Assembly (NCBI GenBank): GCA_050916045.1 | Contig: CP051526.1 | Coordinates: forward strand, 96,001 to 160,000 | Source of the DNA: Tepidisphaera sp. | GTDB taxonomy: Bacteria; Planctomycetota; Phycisphaerae; Phycisphaerales; UBA1924 | Length of the DNA stretch: 64,000 nucleotides | Direction: 5' to 3' | Translations under genes and position numbers: made by a program | Notes under the pieces: generated by a model | What the model was told of the DNA's origin: nothing | Seen by the model: the letters and a program-made list of their open reading frames with translations, nothing else | Database searches by the model: none | Shown here: positions 17,992-27,796 of the stretch, piece by piece | Layout: each line of letters starts with the position of its first letter | Numbering within the stretch: position 1 is the stretch's first letter

Positions 17992-18612
17992 ATGACGGCT
18001 TCGGAAGGACAACACCACAGGCTTGAGACCGACACCGACGACGGGATGGTGCTGATCATCTCCGGGCCAAGCGGCGCGGGCAAGACGACGATCACGCGAG
18101 GCGTCGAGCGCACGGTGCAGGGCGCGGTCTTCTCGGTCTCGTGGACGACGCGGACCCGCGGCCCCAGCGACGTGGACGGCGTCGACTACCACTTCGTGGA
18201 CGATGACGCTTTCGAAGCGATGCGGGCGGGCGGGGGCTTTCTTGAATCCGCCGGCGTCTACGGCAAGAAGTACGGCACGCCGAAGGAGTGGGTCTTCGAA
18301 CACCTCAAGCGCGGGCGGCTTGTGATCCTCGAGATCGACGTCCAGGGGGCGATCGAGGTCAAGAAGCAGGTGCCCGACGCGTTCGCGCTCTTCATTCTGC
18401 CGCCCAGCGAAGCGGTGCTCCTCGAACGCCTCCGGTCGCGCAAACGCGAAGATGAATCCGTCATCCAGCGGCGATTCTCGCAGGCACAAGCGGAGATCGC
18501 CGCCGCCCGGACCTGCGGCATCTACGACCACTTCATCGTCAATGAGCATCTGGACGAAGCCATCGCGGAAGCCATCCGGCTGATCGGTCGGCGTCGCTCG
18601 ACGAGACGATGA
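17992..18612 (+). CDS. gmk: Guanylate kinase
   Basis: SGPSGAGKTT, SVSWTTR, DGVDYHF, YGTP, LEIDVQGA. Confidence 0.95.
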   Translation: MTASEGQHHRLETDTDDGMVLIISGPSGAGKTTITRGVERTVQGAVFSVSWTTRTRGPSDVDGVDYHFVDDDAFEAMRAGGGFLESAGVYGKKYGTPKEWVFEHLKRGRLVILEIDVQGAIEVKKQVPDAFALFILPPSEAVLLERLRSRKREDESVIQRRFSQAQAEIAAARTCGIYDHFIVNEHLDEAIAEAIRLIGRRRSTRR

Positions 18613-18730
18613 AAAAGCACGAGCGTCCGGCGCTCGTGCTTTGCGGAGATCAGATTCACAGAGACCAGTCGCGTCCGGCAACTCGTCGGCAAGCTGCCGG
18701 CAAGTCGCCGGCAAACTGCCGGCCTGTTCG

Positions 18731-19252
18731 TCACTTCGCGCCGTACATGAACTCTTCGCAGACGATCTTGCCGTCCTCGACGGAATAGACGCCGATCTCG
18801 TCCATGATGATGCGTTCGCCGGTGGACTTGGTTTCAACGTCCATCTTGAAGCGGACGGCAAAGCCTGTCGAGCCGACGTAGGGACCCTCGGCGCTGCCGC
18901 CGTGGATGACATGGTCGGCCATCCACGCTTCATTCTTGGCGCGGACGGCTTTCAGGCCGATCCAGGCGAGACCGACGCCGACGCCCTCGATGGACGCGAT
19001 TTCCTTCTTGTTCCAGAACTTGTCTTCGATCTCGGTGAACTGGCCCTTGTTGAACATGTCCACGAGCTGCGCGCCGATCTCGGCGGCGCTCATGCCCCGG
19101 CCAGTGTCGACGGGGATGGGGGCCATCGGGTCAAACTTGGGCATCGCGGGCTTGCCAGCGGGCTTCTTGGAAGCCTTCTTGCCCGAAGCGGGCTTCTTCG
19201 CGGGTTTGCTCGGGGCCTTCTTCGCCGCTTTCTTGCCGGATTTCTTCGCCAT
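18731..19252 (-). CDS. SnoaL-like (NTF2-fold) protein with a Lys/Ala/Pro-rich N-terminal extension
   Basis: SIEG...GLKAVRAKNEAW...EGPY...FAVRFKMDV...MDEIGVYSVEDGKIVCEEFMY. Start at MAKKSG (19252). Confidence 0.8.
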   Translation of the reverse strand: MAKKSGKKAAKKAPSKPAKKPASGKKASKKPAGKPAMPKFDPMAPIPVDTGRGMSAAEIGAQLVDMFNKGQFTEIEDKFWNKKEIASIEGVGVGLAWIGLKAVRAKNEAWMADHVIHGGSAEGPYVGSTGFAVRFKMDVETKSTGERIIMDEIGVYSVEDGKIVCEEFMYGAK

Positions 19253-19322
19253 GATCGGATGCTCCTGTGGTGTCTGGTGAGGTCTGCGCACAGTAGACGT
19301 GCGGCGGCGTCTACGCTTGGGC

Positions 19323-20213
19323 ATGCGGATCCTGCTGACCAATGACGACGGCATTCACGCCCCGGGCATCGTCGCCCTTCACGAAGCCTTGATGGATTTG
19401 GACGGGCGTTTCGGCGGGCCGCTGGGGGGGCCTTCGACCGAGGTCGTGACGGTGGCTCCGCTCACGGTTCAGTCCGCGACCGGGCACGGCGTCACCTTCC
19501 ACCGGCCGCTGATGGTGAGCCGGCACGAGGTCACGCCGAGGTTCGCCGGGCAGGCCGTCGACGCCCGGCCGGCCGACTGCGTCAAGCTCGCCCTCGCCAA
19601 TCTCTGGCCGGAGCGGTTTGGAGCCGGTTCCGTGCCGGACCTGCTCATCTCCGGGATGAACATGGGGGCCAACTGCGGGATCAATGTGCTTTACTCGGGC
19701 ACGGTGGCGGCGGCCCTCGAAGGGGCGTTCCACGGGGTGCCTTCGATCGCGGTGAGCCTGCACCTAGGCAAGGGCCGGGCGCGGTACGACGTCGCGGCGG
19801 CGAGGGCCAGACGGACGATCGAGGGGATTCTCAAGGTCGCCTCGCTCCGGGCGCACGACTGCCTGTCGATCAACATCCCCGTGACCGAGTCCGGCGGTCC
19901 GATGCCCCCGGTGCGGACCTGCCCGATGAACACGCACGGGCTGGTGGACAAGTACGAGAAGCGGACGAACCCGGCCGGCGCGGCGTACTACTGGCCCTCG
20001 GGGTATGGCCTGGATTTCAAGGGGCTTGAGCGCGGGACGGATGTCGACTACCTCTTGCGGCGGTGTGTGACGGTGACGCCGCTTCACTACGACCTGTCGC
20101 TCGGGACCCGGCTTGACGAGTGGCGGTCGAAGCTGGAAGCGGAGCTTCCCGACGCGCGGGGCGCCGATCAGCCGCACCTCGAAGACCCGTCGCCGGTCGA
20201 TCAGATCGACTAA
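19323..20213 (+). CDS. surE: 5'/3'-nucleotidase SurE
   Basis: MRILLTNDDGIHAPG, PADCVKL, SGMNMGANCG..VLYSGTVAAA.EG, VTVTPL. Confidence 0.95.
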   Translation: MRILLTNDDGIHAPGIVALHEALMDLDGRFGGPLGGPSTEVVTVAPLTVQSATGHGVTFHRPLMVSRHEVTPRFAGQAVDARPADCVKLALANLWPERFGAGSVPDLLISGMNMGANCGINVLYSGTVAAALEGAFHGVPSIAVSLHLGKGRARYDVAAARARRTIEGILKVASLRAHDCLSINIPVTESGGPMPPVRTCPMNTHGLVDKYEKRTNPAGAAYYWPSGYGLDFKGLERGTDVDYLLRRCVTVTPLHYDLSLGTRLDEWRSKLEAELPDARGADQPHLEDPSPVDQID

Positions 20214-20227
20214 TCGGCGGGGGCTTT

Positions 20228-20860
20228 CTAGCGGGCGGCTTTCTTGGCGGTCTTTTTGCCGGCTTTCACTGGTGATTTCTTCGCCGCCGTTTTGGCTGCC
20301 TTCTTGACCGGTTTCTTTGCTGCGGCTTTCGCCGGAGCTTTGTCTCCGGAAGCGGGCTTGCCTTTCGCGGTTTGGTCCCGGATGCGTTCGTAGTGCTGAA
20401 TTGCGACCCTGGTGGGGACGCGGCGGATCGCTTCGGCGATGACGTCGAGGGGAAGGTCCTCGATCTTCTTGAACCGGATGCAGCACTTGCCCATGTCGAG
20501 CTTCTTGCCGGTCTTGGCCCACGCGGCGTTGAACCACTTGACGTGCTCGTTGTCGCCGCCGTCGGGGCCGGGGACGCCGCCCTCCTTCGCGCCGTAGTAG
20601 ACCCAGTTGATGTAGAGGGACATGTAGTTCTTCTGCGAAGCCAGCGCGATGTACCCGAGCGGCAGCTTGGGGTCGCAGTGGTAACCGGCCGGGTAGACGC
20701 GGTGGGGGATCGAGAAGCCGATCATGCCGTAGAGGATGCCTTCGTCAATGTCCTTGTCCACGTTCTTGCGGATGAGGTTGACGAGGGTGGTGATCGCGGC
20801 TTTGCGGTCCTCGGGGAGCTCGGCGAGGTACGCGGCGACGGTGGTGACTTTGCTCTGCAT
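20228..20860 (-). CDS. DUF1801 (YdhG-like) domain protein with a Lys/Ala-rich C-terminal tail
   Basis: YGMIGF.IPH..YPAGYHCDPKLPL..IALASQKNYMSLY...KLDMGKCCIRFKK. Confidence 0.8.
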   Translation of the reverse strand: MQSKVTTVAAYLAELPEDRKAAITTLVNLIRKNVDKDIDEGILYGMIGFSIPHRVYPAGYHCDPKLPLGYIALASQKNYMSLYINWVYYGAKEGGVPGPDGGDNEHVKWFNAAWAKTGKKLDMGKCCIRFKKIEDLPLDVIAEAIRRVPTRVAIQHYERIRDQTAKGKPASGDKAPAKAAAKKPVKKAAKTAAKKSPVKAGKKTAKKAAR

Positions 20861-20901
20861 GCGGAGAGTTTACCAGACGGGGCGGTCGATACGATGGCCG
20901 C

Positions 20902-21390
20902 ATGATCGAGGTGCGAGAAGCTTGGCCGGGAGATGTCGGGTTCATCGCGGCGGCGGTGCGGGAACTGGCCGAGCACGAAGGGGCCCCGGAGCGGCTGGTG
21001 GCGACGGCCGAGACGCTCGCGGAGGATCTGTTCGGGAGCCGGGCCGGAACGCTTCGGTGCCTGATCGGCGAGGTGAATGGGGAGCCGTGCGGCATCGCCC
21101 TGTACTTTTTTAATGCTTCGACGTGGGTTGGTCGCCGGGGTTTGTATCTGGAGGACTTGTACGTCAGGCCGGAAGCTCGCGGGCGAGGGCTGGGGCGGGC
21201 GCTTCTGGAGCGGCTTGCCGCGGTGGCGAACGCGGAGGGTTGCGAGCGGCTGGAGTGGTCCGTGCTTGTGAACAACGCGGAAGCCCGGCGGTTCTACGAG
21301 GGGCTGGGAGCCGTGGCGCAGGAGGACTTTGTTCTGTACCGCGTGACGGGGGAGGCCCTCGCGAAGCTTGGCGCGGGCGTCAACCGGTGA
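20902..21390 (+). CDS. GNAT N-acetyltransferase (SSAT-like)
   Basis: STWVGRRGLYLEDLYVRPEARGRGLGRALL, LEWSVL..N..ARRFY. Confidence 0.9.
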   Translation: MIEVREAWPGDVGFIAAAVRELAEHEGAPERLVATAETLAEDLFGSRAGTLRCLIGEVNGEPCGIALYFFNASTWVGRRGLYLEDLYVRPEARGRGLGRALLERLAAVANAEGCERLEWSVLVNNAEARRFYEGLGAVAQEDFVLYRVTGEALAKLGAGVNR

Positions 21391-21393
21391 CGC

Positions 21394-23115
21394 TCAGGTC
21401 GGGGTCCAACGCTGGGCGATGGGGACGCGGCGGCCGGAGCCGAACGCGACGGTCGTGAGCTTGAGCCCGACGGCGGCCTGCTTGCGCTTGTACTCGGAGA
21501 TCTGGATGAGCCGGTCGATCCGGCGGACGGTTGCGGCGTCGAACCCGGTTTCGGCGATGACGCGTGCGGGGGACATCCGTCGTTCGACGATGCACTCGAT
21601 GATGCGGTCGAGGATGTCGTAGGGGGGCAGGCTGTCCTGATCGGTCTGGTTCGGGCGGAGCTCGGCGGAAGGGGCTTTGTCGATCGAGCTCGCGGGGATC
21701 GGCGGCGCGGGGAAGCCGGCCGCGGCGGGGTTTGCGTTGATCCAGCGCGACAAGCGGTACACGAGCTGTTTGCTCACGTCCGCGAGGACCGCCAAGCCGC
21801 CGTTCATGTCGCCGTAAAGGGTGCAGTAGCCGACGGCAAGCTCGCTCTTGTTTCCCGTCGTCAGCACGATCGCGCCGGTGCGGTTGGAGAGGCCCATCAG
21901 AAGCGTGCCGCGGAGGCGGGATTGAAGATTCTCTTCCGTGATGTCCGGAAGGCGCTCGCCCAAGAGCGGCTGGGCGAGCTGGGTGAACGTCCCGTCCAGC
22001 GCGGCGGATGCGGCGACCATGGGCTTCTCGATGGGAAGCACCGTGAAACCCACGCCAAGTCGACGGGCGGACTCGCGGGCATCCGCTAGTGCATGGTCGG
22101 AGGAATACGGGCCCGGCATCGCGACGCCAAGGACGTTGGCGGGGCCCAGCGCCGTCGCGGCGAGCACGACCGTCAGCGCGGAGTCGATGCCGCCCGAAAG
22201 GCCCAGGACGGCTTTCGAGAATCCCGTCTTGCGGCAGTAATCCCGGATGCCCATCACAAGCCCGCGGTACGCGAGCTCTTCATCGCACGCGGAGAGAAGC
22301 GGGTCCGGCACGGCGGGAGCGGTGCCCGCTCCCTTGAGGATGGCCGAAAGGTCGCTCACCGTGAGCGATTCCTCAAACCCCGGCCCTGCGGCGATCAGCG
22401 AGCCGGTGGGGCTCAACACAGCCGCGTGGCCGTCAAAGAGAAGGTCGTCGTTGCCGCCGACCTGGTTGACCGCGGCGACCACGACGCGGTGACGCGTCGC
22501 GTGGCGGGCGAGGATCTCGCGGTGACGCTTGCCCTTGCCGAGGAGGAACGGGCTGGCGGAGGGGTTGACGATGACGGTCGCGCCGGCGCGGACAAGCTCG
22601 GGCACCGGGTCGGCCTGATCGAGGTAGCGGGAAGCGAACCCCGCATCCTCGCCTTTCCACAGGTCTTCGCAGACCGAAAGCCCGACCCTCACGGTTCCCG
22701 ACGCGGAGGGGACGTCGATGACGACGGGCTCGTTCCCGGGCTCGAAGTAACGGTCCTCGTCGAAGACGTCGTACGTCGGGAGCAGCCGCTTGGCGTACGT
22801 CGCGACCACACGCCCGTCCCGGCAGGCCATGAGGGCGTTGCGGAGGCCCCGCGGGGACGCGGCGGGCGTGCCGATGACGATGGTCATGCTTCCGGGTGCG
22901 GCTCGGGCGATCTCGCGGACTGCCGCTTCGCAAGCCGCGACGAAACCGTCGGCGAGGAGCAGGTCCTTGGGCGGGTAGCCGCAGATGGCAAGCTCGGGGA
23001 AGACCAGCAGGTCGGCGTGCGCGGCTTTCGCCCGAGCGGCCATATCGAGCATCAGCCGCGTGTTTCCGGCGATGTCGCCGATGGTGGGGTTGATCTGGGC
23101 GAGCGCGAGGATCAT
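21394..23115 (-). CDS. nadE: Glutamine-dependent NAD+ synthetase
   Basis: Nitrilase domain (FPELAICGYPPKDL, CEDLW) plus GLSGGIDSA, ENLQSRLRG, TGNKSELAVGYCTLYGD, PSAELRPNQTD and EYKRKQ. Confidence 0.96.
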   Translation of the reverse strand: MILALAQINPTIGDIAGNTRLMLDMAARAKAAHADLLVFPELAICGYPPKDLLLADGFVAACEAAVREIARAAPGSMTIVIGTPAASPRGLRNALMACRDGRVVATYAKRLLPTYDVFDEDRYFEPGNEPVVIDVPSASGTVRVGLSVCEDLWKGEDAGFASRYLDQADPVPELVRAGATVIVNPSASPFLLGKGKRHREILARHATRHRVVVAAVNQVGGNDDLLFDGHAAVLSPTGSLIAAGPGFEESLTVSDLSAILKGAGTAPAVPDPLLSACDEELAYRGLVMGIRDYCRKTGFSKAVLGLSGGIDSALTVVLAATALGPANVLGVAMPGPYSSDHALADARESARRLGVGFTVLPIEKPMVAASAALDGTFTQLAQPLLGERLPDITEENLQSRLRGTLLMGLSNRTGAIVLTTGNKSELAVGYCTLYGDMNGGLAVLADVSKQLVYRLSRWINANPAAAGFPAPPIPASSIDKAPSAELRPNQTDQDSLPPYDILDRIIECIVERRMSPARVIAETGFDAATVRRIDRLIQISEYKRKQAAVGLKLTTVAFGSGRRVPIAQRWTPT

Positions 23116-24167
23116 GGAGCGGGATCGTACGGGGCGGGAGGAGCATTGCTCTTGAGGAGGCGGTCGGGACGTAGGTAGATCGCGCCGACGAGCGCGAGCA
23201 CGGCCGAGACGACCAGCTCGGCCGCGAGCATCAGCAGAAGCACGGCGGGCATCGCGGACGCGGCTTCGGGAGCGAACCGCTCGGCGACCTTGATCGTCCC
23301 GGCTTCCTGTGAGCCCAGGGCTCCTGAAGGGAGAAGAGTGGCGATCGCGAACCGGAACGCCGCCAGCACCAGCGCCGGAGCGTAATCCAGGCTGATCCCC
23401 GCGATCCGGGCGCAGAGCCAGAGGCGGGCGCCCAGTATCAGCAGGTCGAGCACGCGGAGCATCATCTGAACGGCGAGCCAGCCCGGGTGGGCCAGCATGT
23501 CGGCTCCGGCCTGAACGCGGGCGATCGCGGGCGAATCCGCGAACCGCTTGAATCGGCCCGGCAGGAGCGTTCGCACAACGGATCGCACGCGTGCCAGCCC
23601 GCGCTCGCCCGCGAAGATGCTCGCGCCCCCGCAGACCAGCACGTGCATCGCGACCAGGCCGCCCGCGATGTACGCGACCCAGACCCCGTCGATCGTGGGG
23701 CGGAAGTAGCTTGTGAAGAAGACCGGGATCGTGCCCGCGGAGATCCCGATCGTGACCGCGACGAACCACGCTCCGATCGTGAGCACGGGGACGCCGTCGC
23801 GGCGGTTGTGGATGAAGAACCGCCAGAGGATGCTGATCTTGCCCGGCGGATTGGAAAGCAGGCCGGCGACAGCGTTGGTCGCTTGCACGCCGAGCAGTGG
23901 GAGCCTGCGCACCGGCCGGATCGCGGCCCAGAACGAGCATCCCTGCACGAAAAACGTCGCGATGGTCAGCCCGACAAGCGCCGCCAGATCCGCAAACGGA
24001 GCGTTGCGGATGCGGTCGAGGGCTTCCTTGTTCTCGGTCTTGGTCGCTTCGCGGATGACCCACCAGAGGAGTACCAGCCCGCCGGCGAAGAGCAGGATCT
24101 GGAACAGCAGCATGGCGCTCTGCGGCAACCCGCGACGCGGAGCGGCGGTGGCTGATTCACCGGCCAT
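23112..24167 (-). CDS. Integral membrane protein, LPG-synthase TM/flippase-like
   Basis: About 8 TM helices; PPGK and LPSGALGSQEA motifs resemble the UPF0104 flippase family; overlaps its neighbours as in an operon. Confidence 0.6.
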   Translation of the reverse strand: MAGESATAAPRRGLPQSAMLLFQILLFAGGLVLLWWVIREATKTENKEALDRIRNAPFADLAALVGLTIATFFVQGCSFWAAIRPVRRLPLLGVQATNAVAGLLSNPPGKISILWRFFIHNRRDGVPVLTIGAWFVAVTIGISAGTIPVFFTSYFRPTIDGVWVAYIAGGLVAMHVLVCGGASIFAGERGLARVRSVVRTLLPGRFKRFADSPAIARVQAGADMLAHPGWLAVQMMLRVLDLLILGARLWLCARIAGISLDYAPALVLAAFRFAIATLLPSGALGSQEAGTIKVAERFAPEAASAMPAVLLLMLAAELVVSAVLALVGAIYLRPDRLLKSNAPPAPYDPAP

Positions 24168-26361
24168 AACTGCTCCCGTCCGCTCGGGTGAGCTCGACCA
24201 CGGGCGATCCGAGGCTGAACAGGATCGCCGACGGCGAGCTTGGGTCTCCCCACGTGCGCACGACCGCGACGCGCCCGATGAAGACATCCGCGACGGTCTG
24301 CACGCTGAGCTTGGGATCGCTGTAGCCGTTGGCGTGGTAGCGGGCGACCTCGCTGACCGTGAGCAGGACGTGCGTCGCGCCCCGGGCCCGGAGAGTCTGA
24401 AGCCAGACGCCGGCTTGCGTGGCGGTGTCGCCGGGGTTCTTGTTCATGGCTTCAAGCAGCGGCCAGCGGTCCCAGACGGTGTTGTAGAGGACGGGCGTGG
24501 TGAAATAGAGGGGCCGGGCTTCGCCCAGGAGGTACACGACGCTTCCCTGCGGCAAAGCGAGGTTGATGAATTCAAGCGGGCTTGCGTCCTGCGTGAAGTA
24601 GACGAGCCGCTCGCCCGACGACGCTTTGTCGATCGTCGCCCGCATGGTTTCGCCGGATCGGTCGCCGGGCATGTGCAGCAGATCGGCTCCGGGATCTCCG
24701 CCGTTCTGGGTGCTGAAAACCTGCAGCAAAGCCGCCGCTTGCGTGAACCCGAGGATGACGCACAGGGCACGAGCGATCCCCGGCGCTCTGGACGCGACCG
24801 ATGCCAAGCCGAGCGCCGCCAGCGCCGCACCCGGGACCAGAAGCGGGAGCAGGAACCGCGACTGGATGTGTGTCAGCGTCAGCCAGAGCGCGAGCGCGGC
24901 GACCAAACCCAGGCAAAGACGAACCGCGAGCGTCCGGGTCGCAGGCGAAAGCCACGCCGCCACGCCCCCCGCAAGCACCGCCGGAAAGAAAAGAGCCCAC
25001 TGCGGGTGAAGCAGCCCGCGGTGCTGGTCCGACGTTTCGGGCCGCACGAACATCATCGCAACCCGGTCCGCGAGCGACGCCGTCTCGGCGTGAGCGGTGC
25101 GGTACCGGAGGTACTGATCCTCCGACCAGTGGGCGAGCCCGAACATCGAGTGGGCGAAGGGAAAGACCGGGTTGCCGCACGCGAGCCAGTTCCGAAGCAG
25201 CCACGGCAGCATGACCGCAAGCCCGGCAGCACACCCGGCGGCGACAAACGCAAGCCAGCGACGCGGCGGGAGCGATGCGAACACAAGCACCGCGACGGGC
25301 GCGCCAAGCAGGAAGAACGCCGGCGGCTTGACACTGCTCGCGGCGCCGAGAAGCAGCCCCGCGAGGGCGCCGCGACGCCACGGGGCAAGCTTGTCGTCGG
25401 TCGCGACCAGAAGCAGCGGCGCCGAGAGCGCGGTGACCGCCAGCTCGTTGTATGCCAAGCTTCCCACCACGATCGCCCAAGGGGTGCAGAGCGTCAGGGC
25501 GCCGGCCAGTGTGGATGCCGATCCCGCCTGTCCGCTCAGCCAAGCTTTCACCAGCCGCTGCGTCCCAAGCACGCTGAGAACGCCGAACCCCGCGTGCAGG
25601 AACTGGCACGTCAGGAGCCGCCATCCGTCGTCGGCGAGCAGCCCGTGCTTGGCGTCCGCTCCGCCCGTCATGATCGCCAGGTGCAGGAACCCCGCTTCGA
25701 CGTAGCTTGGCAGGTACGAGTAGACGTTGTGCGTGACAGGGACAAGCTTGTGAGCCGAGATCCACTCCTGCACGACCGGCAGGTGGTAGCTCAGAGCGTC
25801 AAACCCGCCGAACTCCGACCGCCACAGGGCTCCGTAGTCCATGCCCGAAAGCCCGCCCGGAGGGTTGCACGACGCGATCACGAGCACGGCGGCCGCGAGC
25901 ATGACCGGAAGCTTGTCCAGCATCGCCCACCGCGGCGGGGGAGCGTCATCGCTCGGCTCGCGCGGTCCCGTGCACTGATGAAGCAGGAGCGCAAGCCCGG
26001 CGACGACCGGCACCCAGGCGATCGCCATCGCGAGGGTTCCGGAAACAAGTCCGACCTGGCCGAGTAGGTGGCTCAGCGTCAGCATCGCCGCGACGCCGAC
26101 GCCGCCCTGCACCAGAAGCGGATCCTCGGACTCCCTGAAAAGCGGCCTGGCCAGTCGGCCAAGCCCGATCGCGCCCGCGAGGTAAAGCACCGCCGGCCAG
26201 GCCGAGGTCAGCGTCTTGAAGATGACGATCGAAGCCGCCGAAAGCCCGTGTCGCTCGCTGCTCGCCGCGGCGACCATGATGACCAGCGCCAGCGAGACGC
26301 CGATGTACGCCAGCGGAGTTCCCACCTTGAGCTGCGCCGGCATGGATCGTGGTTCGGTCAT
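24157..26361 (-). CDS. Polytopic membrane protein, probable GT-C fold glycosyltransferase
   Basis: Many TM helices; FDALSYHLP, LAYNE, SVKP, PWLLRNW..CGNPVFPF and QSRFLLP motifs typical of ArnT/PMT-like proteins. Start at MTEPRS (26361) is uncertain. Confidence 0.65.
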   Translation of the reverse strand: MTEPRSMPAQLKVGTPLAYIGVSLALVIMVAAASSERHGLSAASIVIFKTLTSAWPAVLYLAGAIGLGRLARPLFRESEDPLLVQGGVGVAAMLTLSHLLGQVGLVSGTLAMAIAWVPVVAGLALLLHQCTGPREPSDDAPPPRWAMLDKLPVMLAAAVLVIASCNPPGGLSGMDYGALWRSEFGGFDALSYHLPVVQEWISAHKLVPVTHNVYSYLPSYVEAGFLHLAIMTGGADAKHGLLADDGWRLLTCQFLHAGFGVLSVLGTQRLVKAWLSGQAGSASTLAGALTLCTPWAIVVGSLAYNELAVTALSAPLLLVATDDKLAPWRRGALAGLLLGAASSVKPPAFFLLGAPVAVLVFASLPPRRWLAFVAAGCAAGLAVMLPWLLRNWLACGNPVFPFAHSMFGLAHWSEDQYLRYRTAHAETASLADRVAMMFVRPETSDQHRGLLHPQWALFFPAVLAGGVAAWLSPATRTLAVRLCLGLVAALALWLTLTHIQSRFLLPLLVPGAALAALGLASVASRAPGIARALCVILGFTQAAALLQVFSTQNGGDPGADLLHMPGDRSGETMRATIDKASSGERLVYFTQDASPLEFINLALPQGSVVYLLGEARPLYFTTPVLYNTVWDRWPLLEAMNKNPGDTATQAGVWLQTLRARGATHVLLTVSEVARYHANGYSDPKLSVQTVADVFIGRVAVVRTWGDPSSPSAILFSLGSPVVELTRADGSSYGR

Positions 26362-26434
26362 GAGCTCCGGTTCCGCTCGAAACCCGCGCCCGGCGCGGCT
26401 TTCGCACGCCAACCGTATCACATACCATGATTCA

Positions 26435-26911
26435 ATGCCTACGAGCGCCCTTCCCGACATCATCGAGCCCCTGTGCGCCGTCTTCCGCCGGACCATCAAG
26501 GCCGCGGGCCAGAAGTACACCCCCGAGCGGGCGCAGATCCTCGACATGGTCGTCCGCAAGGAAGGGATCTTCGAAGCCGACGAACTGATCGCCGACCTGC
26601 GGGCGGCGAGGTTCCGCGTCAGCAAAGCCACGGTCTACCGAACGCTCAAGCTGCTCCTCGAAGCCGGCATCCTCCGCCGCGTGCTCGTGTCGGACGAACA
26701 GGCGCACTACCAGATGGTCTACGGGCGAACGCCCAGCGACCTCATCATCGTCGTCGCGACCGGGGATGAGCCCGGCCGCGTGATCGAGATCGATGTTCCG
26801 GAACTGACGGCCATCCGAGATCGGCTCTGCCGCGAGCACGGCCTCAGGCCGCAGGGGCACAGCTTCCAGGTGTTCGCGACGGTCAACGACCCGGAACGCC
26901 CACGCGGCTGA
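26435..26911 (+). CDS. Fur family transcriptional regulator with atypical metal sites
   Basis: KYTPERAQILD...EADEL...VSKATVYRTLKLLLEAGIL winged helix. Confidence 0.85.
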   Translation: MPTSALPDIIEPLCAVFRRTIKAAGQKYTPERAQILDMVVRKEGIFEADELIADLRAARFRVSKATVYRTLKLLLEAGILRRVLVSDEQAHYQMVYGRTPSDLIIVVATGDEPGRVIEIDVPELTAIRDRLCREHGLRPQGHSFQVFATVNDPERPRG

Positions 26912-27347
26912 TGCCCGCACGCTGGCAGGCTTCGTGGGCTTTCACGACCGCTTCGTAGGGGACGTCGTCGCTTGCGTCGAAGGACACGGCGAGGTTGTCG
27001 GCTCCGCGCTCGGTCGCAAGAGCTTGAAGTACCGCGGACAACCCGCTCGCGGACGTCTGAACCTCGCGGCGGGCGTTGTTTCCGGCCGCGCCGACCACGA
27101 TGAGGATCTGCGCCTCGGGCTGGCCTGGCGTGATGGTGAGGCGGACGGGCGTGATCTCCGCGGGCGCGGCTTTCGCCGAGGACTTGGCGGGCAGCGCGGT
27201 CTTGAGAAGCCACTCGGGCCCCATGACCGAAGCGGTCGCCATGAAGAATACCAGGATGACCATGACCACATCGACCATCGGCGTCATGTTGGGCATGGAC
27301 GCGGCGTGGGTGCCGGCGGCGGAGCGGTCGCGGTAGGGCCGGTTCAT
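26883..27347 (-). CDS. exbD: ExbD/TolR family protein
   Basis: NMTPMVDVVMVILVFFM and DVPYEAVV. Start MNRPYR overlaps the upstream exbD stop (ATGA). Confidence 0.88.
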   Translation of the reverse strand: MNRPYRDRSAAGTHAASMPNMTPMVDVVMVILVFFMATASVMGPEWLLKTALPAKSSAKAAPAEITPVRLTITPGQPEAQILIVVGAAGNNARREVQTSASGLSAVLQALATERGADNLAVSFDASDDVPYEAVVKAHEACQRAGISRVGVPGR

Positions 27348-27796
27348 GGGCTGACCCCCGGCGCTCGCTCGGTGACGAGCTTGACGCTGGTGAGACCCGC
27401 AGATCGGCACGCTTCCACAACCGGACGCACCTCGCCCCACGAAAGACGCCGGTCTGCGCGGATGGCAAGCGGAGCGGTCGCCGCGGCTTCACCCAGCCGG
27501 GACTTGAGCATCGACGGAAGCTCCGCCAGCGAGACGGGCGTGCCGTCCAGCAGAAGCTCGGGCGAACCCACCGTCGTCGTCGGGGCGATCGCGATCACAA
27601 GGCGGGGCGTCGGGTCCGTCTCGCCCACGCCCGTCGAAGGGAGCGAGATCGGCTTGCCCTGCTGCGAAGCCAGACGGCCGACCAGCAGAAAGAAGATGAT
27701 CAGGCACATCACCACGTCGATCAGCGGCGTGACGTTGATATGCCCGGTGCTTTCCGGGGCGTTGTGCGTGCGAAACTTGGAGCGGCGTCGGCCCAC
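27344..27796 (-). CDS. exbD: ExbD/TolR family protein
   Basis: INVTPLIDVVMCLIIFFLL and IRADRRL. Confidence 0.9.
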   Translation of the reverse strand: MGRRRSKFRTHNAPESTGHINVTPLIDVVMCLIIFFLLVGRLASQQGKPISLPSTGVGETDPTPRLVIAIAPTTTVGSPELLLDGTPVSLAELPSMLKSRLGEAAATAPLAIRADRRLSWGEVRPVVEACRSAGLTSVKLVTERAPGVSP

